Below are positions 12,937 to 24,700 of a DNA stretch of 64,000 bases, piece by piece. The notes beneath the pieces were generated by a model. That model was given only the letters and a program-made list of their open reading frames with translations. It had not been told where the DNA came from and searched no databases. The number at the start of each line of letters is the position of its first letter. The stretch's first letter is position 1. The translations under genes and the position numbers were made by a program. Source of the stretch: Carcharhinus amblyrhynchos (taxonomy: Eukaryota); the NCBI GenBank assembly GCA_965287045.1, contig OZ336874.1, positions 95,790,001 to 95,854,000 of the forward strand, given 5' to 3'.

Positions 12937-13213
12937 AAGTTTATTTATTAGTCACAAGTGAGGCTTACATTAACATTGCAATGAAGTTACTGTGAAATTC
13001 CCTTAGTCACCACATTCCAGTGCCTCTTCGGGTCAATGCGTCTAACTAGCACATCTTCGGACTGTGGGAGGAAACCAGAGCACCCAGACGAAACCCACGT
13101 AGACACAGGGAGAACATGCAAGCTGCATACAGACAGTGATCCAAGCCAGGAATTGAACCCAGGTCCCTTGCACTGTGAGGCAGCAGTGCTAACCACTGTG
13201 CCACCGTGCCACA
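12937..13213 (-). mobile_element. HE1-like V-SINE, alternative tail
   Basis: Similar to 10278-10557. Confidence 0.85.
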
Positions 13214-14574
13214 TGAGGATGCAAAAAGACCTATACAGCATCATGTTGATTTTTTTTATCCTGCCCGCTACGGGAAATGGAGCAGGCGAGTTGGGGACCA
13301 TATAAACATCTGTTGACCTCGAGCGGGATTTTACAATTTGGTATGAGTGGGACAGTAAAATCCCCACCCATTGGGTCAAATTTGCCTGAAAAGATACTGA
13401 AATCTGAATTACACTTAATGCCCCAATCGGCCAGCAATTTAGAGTGAGGAAAAGATACCCCATGAGTTGCAAATCGCTACAAATCCCAGGCCAACTTGCA
13501 CTGCTCTGTTGTTTCTTCAAGGAAACAGCATCTTTCATTAACGTCCCAATGAGTTTCATGAATAGCTATCCATTAAACTTGCCACAGAAAGTTAAATCTA
13601 GTAATTATGAGTATAAGTACCCTTTTATTGATGTGATAATGAAGAATGAAAGTCATTCAACTTCTCCCCAGAAAATGAGCAGTAATAACCGCGGACTCTC
13701 AATCTTTCAGGTTGTGAATTGTTTTGTGAGATTTTACAATTGTAAAATTTAAATTTAAACCATTTTCTTAGTTGATCGTTACTCTTTTTTTCTCTGTCTT
13801 AACTAAGTTGTTCTTTCCCTTTTTTTTATTTCTCTTTCTATGCCTGATTTGACATTGAATTCATCCACTTTAGATCTTCCTCCTCCTCAGTCTTTCCAGT
13901 TTTTATTTCTCAATCCTTAAATCTTACTGCTTAAGGAGGTGCACTATTTGTCCCACTGTTCACCAAAGTCCCTGTTGCCCTCACAATTCCAGCAACTTTG
14001 GCAGTAAAATAAAAACCTGTATGTGCACCAACAGGCTTGTATTTGTCAAATTAATCTCAAAGTTACGCAGCAAAGGCTTTAAGTAAACCCACATGTTGTA
14101 ATGTGTTTCAGGCAATAATTAATGAAGAGGTGTTTGATGGTTTAGTGATTCATACGTGAATTGTTATGATCTATCTGTATTTTATAACTGAGCACAGAGA
14201 ATGTCGACACTTTTAGTCTGGAACAATCATCATATTTACCAACCCTGCATTTATGGGAACATTTGCAGAGAAGGATTGATTTAGTTCAAACCAAAGTCAG
14301 CTGTTCAAAAAACGTCCAATGTCTATTAAAATCCATGACAAATAATGAACTTTGTCCGTCATTGGGCAAGGGGACCATCTAACTGGGAATTCAACCATAA
14401 AACCAGGTTAATTGCCAGTTGCTGCTGACTTCACTGACCTCAGCCAAGATAACAGCTCACCAAACCCTTGGCTTCAAAGGAGAGCAAAAAGAAAAATCAA
14501 CCAGAGTTTCCACTCCTAATAGAACTTTGTGCTTCCTAATGGAAAGCATATAGGGTGGAAGCTTTGGGTGGTCT

Positions 14575-15050
14575 CACACAAAGAACAAAGAAATTTTCAG
14601 CACAGGTCCTTCGGCCCTCTAAGCCTGCACCGATCATGCTGCCTGACTGAACTAAAACCCCCTACCCTTCCAGGGACCATATTCCTCGAGTCCCATCCTA
14701 TTCCTGTATTTGTCAAGATGCCCCTTAAAAGCCAGTATTGTATCTGCTTCCACTACCTCCTATGGAAGTGAGTTCCAGGCACCCACCACTCTCTGTGCAA
14801 AAAAAACGTGCCTTGTATGTTTCCTTCAAACCTTGCCCCTCGCACCTTAAACCTGTGCCCCCTCGTAATTGACTCTTCCACCCTGGGAAAAAGCTTCTGC
14901 CTATCCACTCTATCCATGCCCCTCATAACCTTGTAGACTTCTATCAGGAACCTCCATCGTTCCAGTAAGAACAAACCAAGTTTCTCCAACCTCTCCTTTT
15001 AGCTAATGCCCTCCATGCCAGGCAACATCCTGGTAAATCAGTTCTGTACT
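14575..15050 (-). mobile_element. CR1 LINE 3' fragment
   Basis: Minus frame EKLGLFLLE...IEVYKVMRGMDRVDRQKLFPRVEESITRGHRFKVRG; tail ttctttgttctttg. Confidence 0.85.
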
Positions 15051-15272
15051 CTCATATCCAGTAGAATTGAATATGAGGCTGAGCATATACCAGATGGTGA
15101 TGCAACACTATCTGAGACAAAGCATTACACCATTGAATGTAGACTTTGGGTCAGGACAATGGTTTAAGCCTCTGGTGGTTGAATAGTCTATCAATATGCA
15201 CAGTCTAGGCCTGAAAAATCACTTGACCAATGTACTGGTGGACTAGCAGTACTGAGGATATATAAACCCAAT

Positions 15273-15588
15273 ACAGAACCGTAGAACACCACAGAACAGA
15301 AATAGGCCTTTTGGCCCTTCTTGTCTGTGCCGAACCATTTTTCTGCCTAGTCCCACTAACCTGCACCTGGACCATATCCCTCCACACCCCTCTCATTCGT
15401 GTACCTGTCCAAGATTTCCTTAAATGTTAAAAGTGAGCCCACATTTACCACTTTATCCAGCAGCTCGTTCCACACTCCCACCACTCTCTGTGTGAAGAAG
15501 CCCCCCCAGTATTCCCTTTAAACTTGTCCCCCTTCACCCTTAACCCATGTCCTCTAGTTTTTTTTCTCCCCTAGCCTCAGTGGAAAAA
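15273..15588 (-). mobile_element. CR1 LINE 3' fragment
   Basis: Reverse complement closely matches 28460-28775. Confidence 0.8.
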
Positions 15589-15754
15589 AAGTATGAATTA
15601 GTGCCCCCAGGAACAACATGGAGAAATTGAGGTGATTTAATATTGTCACTAAATGAGTGTATCTAGAACAAAATTCTGCAATTCACTTTCTCTTTGTAGG
15701 AATTGATTTTTACAAATGCCATTCTGGTGAAATGTTGATTCCTTTCTGTTTAAG

Positions 15755-15993
15755 CTTCCAGTGGCAGTAAGGCAGCAGGCATGCCATCGGTGCCCCCAGG
15801 ACCTCCCGTGTACCTCGACCTGGTGTACATCCCAAATCACTGCAGTGCCAAGACGGTGGATGCAGAGTTTTTCAAACGCGTGAGATCTTCCTACTATGTA
15901 GTGAGTGGAAATGACCATGCAGCTGAGGAGCCAAGCAGGGCTGTGTTGGATGCTCTCCTCGAGGGCAAGTCTCAATGGGGTAGTAACATGCCG
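15755..15993 (+). CDS. MAP1B: MAP1B penultimate coding exon (light chain LC1 region)
   Basis: Acceptor cctttctgtttaag|CT continues phase 1 from 7248. Encodes (A)SSGSKAAGMPSVPPGPPVYLDLVYIPNHCSAKTVDAEFFKRVRSSYYVVSGNDHAAEEPSRAVLDALLEGKSQWGSNMP. Donor CCG|gtaagc. Confidence 0.95.
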
Positions 15994-17329
15994 GTAAGCT
16001 TACTAACCCCTTCCTTAGTGTTTCTTTTTTTAAGTGTTCTTTCTCTTCTACTGTTTTTACCATGTTCCAAAAAGGATAACAAATTATTCAAAAAATTGAA
16101 TAATATAATGTTTTAAATTTAAAGTTTGATTGTTCTATTTTCCCATTAGTGTTACTGCTGAGAAATTGAATACAGATTTATAATCAGTCCTGACAGGCAC
16201 CTCCAGCAGTACTATGTCAATGATCTTCACTGCGATGCTGTTATTAATCCTCCTCTCCTACCTTCCTGCAGTTTAATGGCTGAATTGCTGCAGCTTGATC
16301 TTTTGCAAACCTTTCAATGAAGCAATAACATCTTGTTCCTTTCAATTCTTCCACTTTACTACCCTCTTCATCTCCTGTTATTTGATAGTGTCACTGTGTT
16401 CTCAGATGGAATTCCTGATTTCATTGCTAAAATTATTTTACAAAATCTTGGCTCCCGTTTTGACTTGGTAACTGGATTTTACGCCCTCCAACTGGCAGCT
16501 TTGGCCGGCAAATAAAATCAGCAGGTGGTCTTCCCACTGACTAGAAGATATAAATAGAAGAAAGAAGTAAAATAAGTAGTGGATCTGAATTACATACCAG
16601 AAATAGAGGGTACCCTAGGGCTAAGATGAGCTGAAAACTTAATGGAATTAATATTAACAGATAAAAAGTATTATAGGAACTCAAGGGGATTACTTACACT
16701 TTGGGTGAAATTTTCCAGTCCCTCTAGTAGGAGGTTTGATAGCGGAAAGGCTTCAGAAATCTGAAGCACAAAAGGACTTGGGAGTTCTGGTTCAGGACTC
16801 TCTAAAGGTTAACATGCCGGTTCAGTTAGCAGTTAGGAAGGCAAATTCAATGTTAGCGGTCATTTTGAGAGGACTAGCACACAAAAGCAGGGATGTACTG
16901 CTGAGGCTTTATAAAACTCTGGTCAGATACAGGAGAGGAAAGGGGATCAGAGGGAGGGGTTTGTAATGTCAATTGAAGAGTCCCTGGGGGGATGCTAGTG
17001 AGGAAATCAGTGATAGGAAGAATTGGTGAGGGTTAAAGGGGGCAGTGGGAGCTAGTAGGGTGCAGGGTGAGGGTTTAGTAATGGCTGGTGAAGTGGGCGT
17101 TGAACGTTTTTGAAGGGAGTGCAGAAGCAGATGCGGATTCGGGGTCAGCATAATGTGGGGGCAGGTCTCCAGTCAAGAGGGTGTCCTTCTTGGGAAGGTT
17201 GGGGACAAGGTCCACCGCATGGGATGGAGGCTGATGGGGGAAGGTTGAAACGTAACCTCCTTAAAATGCAGGTGGATTATATTTACTTAAGTTTCACAAT
17301 CATAGTGCACCCATGCAACCACATCTGAA

Positions 17330-18490
17330 ACAACAACGTCCTAACCTTGCTTCAAGACTACGCATTCTACCTGTTGTCCTGACATCCGCAGCAGGGATGG
17401 AGGCAGCCCGCTGTCCCGTTGATTCTGATGCTTTAGCAGTTGTTCTCTGGGGGTTCCAGCTTACTTTGGCTGTCCTGCTGTGTGGCTGCCTCGGCAGTGC
17501 CAGAGGGCAAGGTTGAAGAGTTCACAGGCAAGTGGGTATCGAAAGTGCCACTCTCTCAGTCCTGAGTGGTAATCCCAGGGCTGTCCAACAGATACTCCTC
17601 CCATTGAGTGTCCAAGGGTCCCTGCCTGACTCCTTGAGGAGAAGGGCACTTGGAGGGAGATTGGGGTGTCCCATTCCTTTCTCTCCCATTCACAACAAAA
17701 GCTCAGGCATGGCGACAGTGATGGAGTGCAGGTCTGCGCACATCTCCAGCAGAAAGGCCTGTCCCCCTGGAGATCTCAATGCATACACCTGTCAGCACCA
17801 CTTCATTAGGGAGCAGGTGGATGGACCTCTCCACCTCAAGTGCCACTTTGTTGAGGGCCCTCCACACCTCTGCCTGATGTTGCTCCACCTCTTGCAGCTT
17901 CCCCAGCATCTCATGGACGTCACACCCCAGAGACTCACACCTGACTTGGACATTTTAGATGCCTCTCCCCCAACAATCCTCCTAGTGCTGGTGAACTTAC
18001 CTGACTCTGCCTTCTCCTGCTGCAGACATGTGTCTGTGCAGTGACCACCGGAATGTGAGACCTCACCTGAACTACATCTATGCCCACCGCGCTGTGTGTT
18101 CCTGCACTGATGGAGGGTGCAGGCTACTGCTATGATGCCTCGCCTGGTGCTTTTCCTTCCTCCTCCCCAATGTCCTCGGTCCTCTCTGGAGAAAGGGTCT
18201 CCTCTTGTTCTCTTGCACTCTTCCTGCTGGCACTTGTAAGTGAGAGGAGACAGCGAGTGACTCCCTGAACTGTCTCTGATGTGGAGCAATACTGGACCCT
18301 TAGGTTTCTTTCTGTGTGACATGCGTGGATCCTAACTGGATGGAAGCTGCCCTTTGACCTTTCAACCGCTGCAGGCGATTGGTCCCACCACAGCCAACTG
18401 GCTCCTTGAATTCGGTTAGGGTCCTGAGGTCAGGTCAGGCTCCTCCCATCTGCTTTCACTCCCTCCTGTTATGCCTTAACTTTTCCCACA
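17330..18490 (-). mobile_element. Decayed PIF/Harbinger-like transposon, Myb/SANT ORF remnant
   Basis: GC-rich block. The minus frame has EKLRHNRRE*KQMGGA*PDLRTLTEF, resembling the KxxxxxRExxxTGGG motif that follows Myb/SANT domains. Identified from recall only. Confidence 0.5.
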
Positions 18491-18708
18491 CTGAAGATGG
18501 GCTTGGGAGTGATTGGATTTCAAGTCTCTTTCTCATTCTCCCTGGTGATACTGCTTCCTGTGTAGGGAAAGTGGCTGATATCCTGGATGTTCTGTTGCAC
18601 ATTGTTGATTGAAGGGCCTTGTTCTTCTCACAGTTGGATATATAGCCTTTGCCACCGTTTCTTGCACTGAGATATTCGAAAGATTTCAAGGAAGCTGCTT
18701 TGATGACT

Positions 18709-19017
18709 TCATAGAATCTCTAACAGTGCAGAAAGAGGCCATTTGGCCCATCAAGCCTGCACCATCCCACCAAGGCCCTATCCCCCTAATCCCATATATT
18801 TACCCTGCTAATCCCCCCATCACTCAGGGGTAATTTAGCATGGCCAATCAACTTAACCTGCACATATTTGGACTGTGGGAGGAAACCGGAGGAAACTCAC
18901 GCAGACATGGGGAGAATGTCTGTGTGAAGTTTGCACAGTCACCCAAGGCTGGAATTGAACCTGAGACCTTGGAGCTGTGAGGCAGCAGTGTTAACCACTG
19001 TATCTCCCGTGCTGCCC
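18709..19017 (-). mobile_element. HE1-like V-SINE, CR1-type tail
   Basis: Head, core and ttctatga tail as in 428-785. Confidence 0.85.
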
Positions 19018-19439
19018 TCATATGCAATGTGGCTTATTTTTTAAATAGCTTGCGTACGATGCTGCCAGCTTTCCATGACATCACTTCCCCAACGTCTCTT
19101 GGAATCTGACCAGTCGGAGTTGGCATCCTGAGGTGGATCAGTTCTTTGCTGATTCCTCTTCTCTGCCTGATGTTGATTTCTTCACCGTCTTTATTTTCTC
19201 TTTTGAAGATTTGCAACTGTTCCTCAATGTTGCCCAACTTCATCAGTATTGTAAATGTGTAGGATTCAATATTGGTGATCTCAACGCTAAGTTCAATGGC
19301 AAACGGACGGTTTGATTGGGCCTGTAGCTCTGCAAGTGTGTGGAACAGAAATGGGCAGCAACTGCTGACCTGCTGCAACAGCAATGGGCTCAGCATTGGA
19401 AGCACCTTCTTCAAACACAAGGTCATCCACAGAAAGACG

Positions 19440-19612
19440 AGGGCTGGAATTCTCCAGCCGTTCACACCAGCTGGCAGCGCACCCATACCCGCAGGTTTTG
19501 CACTGGCATGACGTGACATCAATGGGAATTCCCACTGACAGCACTGGGACCAAAGAATCCCGACGCTAGCAAACAATGCACCACCCCCCTGCTGGGAGGC
19601 CGGAGAATTTCA
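19440..19612. mobile_element. MITE-like insertion in the RTE endonuclease region
   Basis: Inverted ends gggctggaattctccagcc...ggccggagaatttcac. The RTE frame resumes after it. Confidence 0.6.
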
Positions 19613-21549
19613 CTCGAGGACTCCAGATGCTAACATCCTGAATTAGATTGATTATAAAAGCAGATGAAAGACATTCCTACAAGGTGTTCAGACTTGTCAA
19701 GGTGCTGATGTAGGACCTGACCACCGCCTTGTGTTAGACAAGATCCACCTGAAATTGACAATGACAATAACCACAAAGGCCAAGTGTGAAGCATGAGGAT
19801 ATATCAGCTGGCCATCTCCAACATATTCAAAACTAAAATCTGACAAATCCCCAGGAGCTGATGGCCTACATCTGAGGGTTCGAAAAGTGATTTTTGCACA
19901 GAAAGTGGATATGGTCATTGCCATTTTCTAAAATTCTCTCGATTCTAAAATAACTCCAGCAGGTTGGTAGTCAGTAAATGTAACAGCCCAATTGAAGAAA
20001 GGTGGGAGAGAGAAAACAGCGAACTGCTGACCAGTTAGCCTGACATCAGTCATCAGGAAATTCTGGAATTGATTCTTAAGGGGGTCTTAACAAAGCGCTT
20101 AGAGACATGAGAACCGAAATGAGGAACATTCTGAGAGTAAAGGAACCATGAACCTTCAATGAGGAGGATCTTGAAGAGGAGTGAAGCCTCCAAGGATGAA
20201 GTGTTCACAAGCAGCAGAGTTGGAAGAATGAATAAAGGAGTAAAAGACAGTATGGAAATGAATGCTATTCTGTCACCAGTACAGTTAGGCCAGGGGACAT
20301 GGTGGGAAATGAAGCCAGGTACAGTGAGCTGAAAATTAGTGATGTGATAGAAAATATTTAACTAAGGTAGATGTGAAAAAAAAGTCATCACTAGTATATC
20401 CTGTTTAATATCATCTAACCAGACTGAGTTTTTGCATAGGAACATCAGAATAAGGAGTCGGAGAAGGTCATTTGGCCCCTCAAGCCTACTGTGCCATTCA
20501 GTAAAATCACGGCTGATCTGATTTACACAAACATGTAATAATAACGGGTAGAAATTGACAACCTGATTCATCAGGCTGACACAGTTATGTTGCCTGAAGC
20601 ATCACCATCAATCATCCCTATGCACTAGCATCCAGGGAATTTTCGTTGTGACACCACTTCCAAGAGAACAAAAAAGAAAAATCTATCCCCGATCCCTTTT
20701 TCAGCAACTAAACGAGTCCAGGAGATCACATTGACCCTGGCTGGCTTCCCACCTTACACTTCCTGTGAGGTTCAGCTCACCCGAAACTCTGCTTCCTGTA
20801 CCTGAACTCCGCCTCAGCCTGGGTCACCCACCACCCCCCTGTTCACTGATCTACATCGCTGCTCAGTCCATCAATACTCAAGTTTGAAATCTTTATCCTT
20901 ATTTTTAAATCTCTCCATCACCTTGCTCCTGCTTATCTCTGTAAACACCGCCAGTCCTAAGAGACTGAAATCTCTGCACTAGAGAAGCCCCCACCCCCAC
21001 CCACCCCACCCGCCACAGCCAGCGATGCCCACATTCCATAAATGATTTTTTAAAAACTTGTCCAGTTATGGCATGTTGAGCATTTTTTTTTTGCTTCACC
21101 ATTGATGGTCATCCTGTCAGCTGTCTACACCCTGAGCTTAAACCTTTTTGTCTTTCAAGACAATCCATAAACTTACCTCTTTGGCCAAACTTTTCATCAT
21201 CTGCCCCAATACTTCTTTATGTGGTTCACTTTAAGCATTGTTGAAAGCCACTCCTGACTGGTGCCTTGGGGCTTTTTATTACATTAAAAAGCTATATGAA
21301 TGCAAATTGCTTACATTAGCTGGTATTTCAGCCACATTTTATAAGATGCAAATTCTGCCCCAGTCAGCAACTGGCTCAGTTCTCTTTTAAGTGTTTGCAA
21401 AGGGCCGGCAATCATAGCATCAGCTGGCAACTTGTTTCATAGGTTGAACTGTCCTCATACCAATGATGAATGGAATTGGGAGTAGCTGTGACTCTGATTG
21501 TTTAGCAGATGGAGTAGAGTTTCACCCTGCTTTTTGTGTTGGATTATAG

Positions 21550-21705
21550 GTTACTCTGATCCCAACCCATGACTCCGAAGTCATGCGGGAATGGTACCAG
21601 CAGACCCATGAGAAGCAACAGGACCTCAACATCATGGTACTAGCGAGCAGCAGCACTGTCGTCATGCAAGATGAATCATTCCCTGCGTGCAAGATCGAAT
21701 TGTAA
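21550..21705 (+). CDS. MAP1B: MAP1B last coding exon (LC1 C-terminus)
   Basis: Acceptor ggattatag|GTT. Encodes VTLIPTHDSEVMREWYQQTHEKQQDLNIMVLASSSTVVMQDESFPACKIEL* with TAA at 21703-21705, the canonical MAP1B C-terminus. Not in the ORF track. Confidence 0.97.
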   Translation, partial: VTLIPTHDSEVMREWYQQTHEKQQDLNIMVLASSSTVVMQDESFPACKIEL

Positions 21706-24700
21706 CTGGGAGTCCCTTAAAACCAGAACATTCAACCAGTTGTCAAAAGGGGAAGCACTCAAATGGAAATTAAAATTAAAGAGGGAAAGCAGATCTAACT
21801 CAGAGTCTGCTGAATATTGTATGATAGATTTGTTATACAGGTCACTAGCGTGTAACACTTTCCAGATTATTTAGTTCCTATGCTAAGGCAAAACTTTCGT
21901 ATTCCTAAAGAAAAGTAACAACAGGGTTTAAAATACTTGAATCAGCCAAGCTCCGAATCTATTACGTTTGTGGTGTGGTTGATCCTGGTTCAGGATTTTA
22001 GTTTTTGGAAGAAACTGATTTAGTGAAAGAAAGTTACATGATTCTTACCTATGGGAACAGAACTTTTACACGACAAAAGAACATTACAACGATAGTTTTA
22101 AAGAAGTGTGATATTTAGCTTTTTAACGACTACAATGCTGTGCAAGGCAGTATACAACTCCCATGTGGTAATGCAACATGTACGAAACTCACAAGTATTT
22201 TGAACCCTATTCACGTAACCAGCCCATCCACCCACCCCCCCATAAATATGCAGAGATATTTAACTAAGGCATGTTCCCTGTGTACCAGCTTCTGGACAGA
22301 TTTAATTCTGCATTTGAACATGGCATATTGCCATTAAGCCTTGATAAAACTGCATGCTTAAAAAAAATGACAGCTAATATACTTAAGCAGAAACCAAAGG
22401 AGTTGGGAGTACACATACTAGTCATTTTGCCTTAGACAGTGACTTGAATGTATTGTGATCTAGGTTGCACTTTTTTTAAAATGGGAAGTGTATGAGGCAG
22501 ACAACAGATCAGTAGTGAAGATCAGTATAGGGCAGTAGTTTGAGTTAGTGCTGTGATGTGTATGGGTATGGATGTGTGTGTGAGTGTGCGTGTGTCTGTG
22601 TATGCGACACCACGATTTCCTTGAGACCAGTCATAGCAGATGTTCAAATGTGATGTATATTTTTTTTCCAAGAGTAGTTGATTTTTTAGCAAGCGCAGAA
22701 TTGGAATATGGAGAAAAATCACTCCAAGTATGCAGAAAGTTTTCTTTCTTTCTTAGTTATTTAATACGTTATTCAGAAGTAGCCTCTACTCTTTTTGCAT
22801 GAATTAATTCCTTTTTAGCCAAAATAATTCAGTAAAGGTTCACTAGCTGGGTACATTATGTTGACTGGGGTAGAAAGGGGATTTGTGCTTGTAACTAGCC
22901 AAACTATTGATTATTTGTAATTCTAAAAATACCTATGGGAGAACCTTATTGATGATCCTTATATCTTAGCATTACATCCAAGTTTGACTAGGTCTGGTAA
23001 TGTGCAGTCACTGGTGTAATGCTGCTAATGTTGTGCAGTTCAAATTTGAATTAGTTTTGTTCTAATTCATATTTGAAAAAGATCCAACAGTGGAAAAATA
23101 TTTTGGTATGTTTTCTTCAATATATTATACCTTCAAAGCATTTGTAATTGTAAAACTCATTTTACCTTGAAACCACACACAAGACGCAAGTTGTACAAGT
23201 CTATAAGTGTACCAGTCTGCAAGTCTGTAAATGTACCAGACTATATGGTGAACAGAATTGTAATTTTGTGTTCTGCAAGGGATTTAGAAGTGTTGAGTAC
23301 ATTTCTTTACACCACTACTTTATTTGGTTAAAACCAGTCAAGTCTATATTATTTGAAAAGTGAGGAAGTGCAGTGTCATACTCCAAAGAGCACTTAAAAA
23401 TTCTTTCTACACTTCCATTTTATTAAAAAAAAGTGCACTGCATGTTTTTGAGCGAATAAATTAATGGGCCAATAAATTAACAATGTTTTGTTGTATCAGA
23501 CTGGATTCCCAATTAGAGATGGTGCTAATGGAAATATTGGGAGAGTTTTCTGAAGTCAACTTGTACCTTCCACAATGTTAAATGTGTGTGGATGATGATA
23601 AAGATTGGTTAGCTGAAGTAACACTGGAAAGGCTAAAGCTATTTCAAATGGTTTGCCAGCAGCTCATCAGTGAATTAGATACTCGCAATAAAGGCTTTGG
23701 GATTCTTTTACAGTATAATTGGAGTCCACAGAAGTTAATTAGGCAGCTGAGATGATTGAAAATCCCTCTCTGTAAAGCTTGATCATAATTTTGTTCCTAC
23801 TTTCCTAGAAAAACTAGCAAGGAAGCTGGTATATTTTTGAATATTATATTTTTGTGTTGAGAATGTATTTGGTGTATATTTTAGTAAACCTGTTTGATTT
23901 GTTGAAATAGGGGAAATTAATTTGAGGAGAAACACAGGTCAACGAATATTGAAATGTTTAAGTGAGATACATTGAGATCTCTGTTTTAACCTGATAAATG
24001 GTAGTGCAGTATAAAATGCTACGTTAGAGGTGAATATGCAGCGTTAATGATAATCTGAAGCCCATCATTTTCTGCCAGTTTTGATTCATTCTTGTTTGCG
24101 TACTATTCCAAGGCTTGTAGTTTCCCGGTTAAACATCCCAACAGCTGAGAGCTGAATACTGCGAACACCTTTGTGACAAGAACATACTTTTCTTTTGTAC
24201 CAAATATGACAGCAGTTTTTTTGTTGCGGTACTTGCATGCGTCCATCTCTAGCTAAATGTGCAGGATGAGGAACCACTTTCGATTGTGATATCGTGTCTC
24301 ATTCAGATGCAGAATGCTCTAGGAGATTTTTGATCGGGGTTTAAATATTGTGGCCTCCAGCTACTTTGGTGAAGAGTAGGTTGGTGTTGTGCAGTCCTGC
24401 CGGAATACAGAAAGGGAACGTTATTTACAAAAGTGAATCATTTCTCTAGTTACATGATGTCCCGACACAGAATGATTGACTGGTGCACAGAAGAAGAAAT
24501 GTATGAGGACAGGGAGAATTTAGTGAAGTATAACTTCTCATATCTTTAGGATTTAACTTCCCTCTCCATTGTGATCTGAAAATATCCACTGTTGGATCTC
24601 GGTAATGAGCCTTAGTCTGGAATTAGATGACCTTTGACCCCACTGATTGTAACTTTATCAGAGGCACAACTTAAGCAGCTGCTTCCCCACAGATATGACC

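Larger units (their letters stand above)
18490..19790. mobile_element. Decayed RTE-like LINE with inverted parts, interrupted by a SINE and a MITE
   Basis: Plus strand 19270-19760 gives APE endonuclease motifs IGDLNAK, NRNGQQLL...NGLSIGSTFFKHKVIHRKT and QGADVGPDHRLV. The part at 18490-19260 looks like minus-strand linker/RT sequence. Confidence 0.6.

Noticed and set aside
428-13213. SINE-driven circularisation of the giant MAP1B exon
   Set aside because: All flanking V-SINEs visible here have the same orientation, so they cannot pair across the exon. The upstream intron is mostly outside the window.
17532-18322. 170-aa and 176-aa ORFs as a nested gene in the MAP1B intron
   Set aside because: They lie in GC-rich decayed transposon-like sequence with stops in the plausible coding frame and no splice or promoter support.
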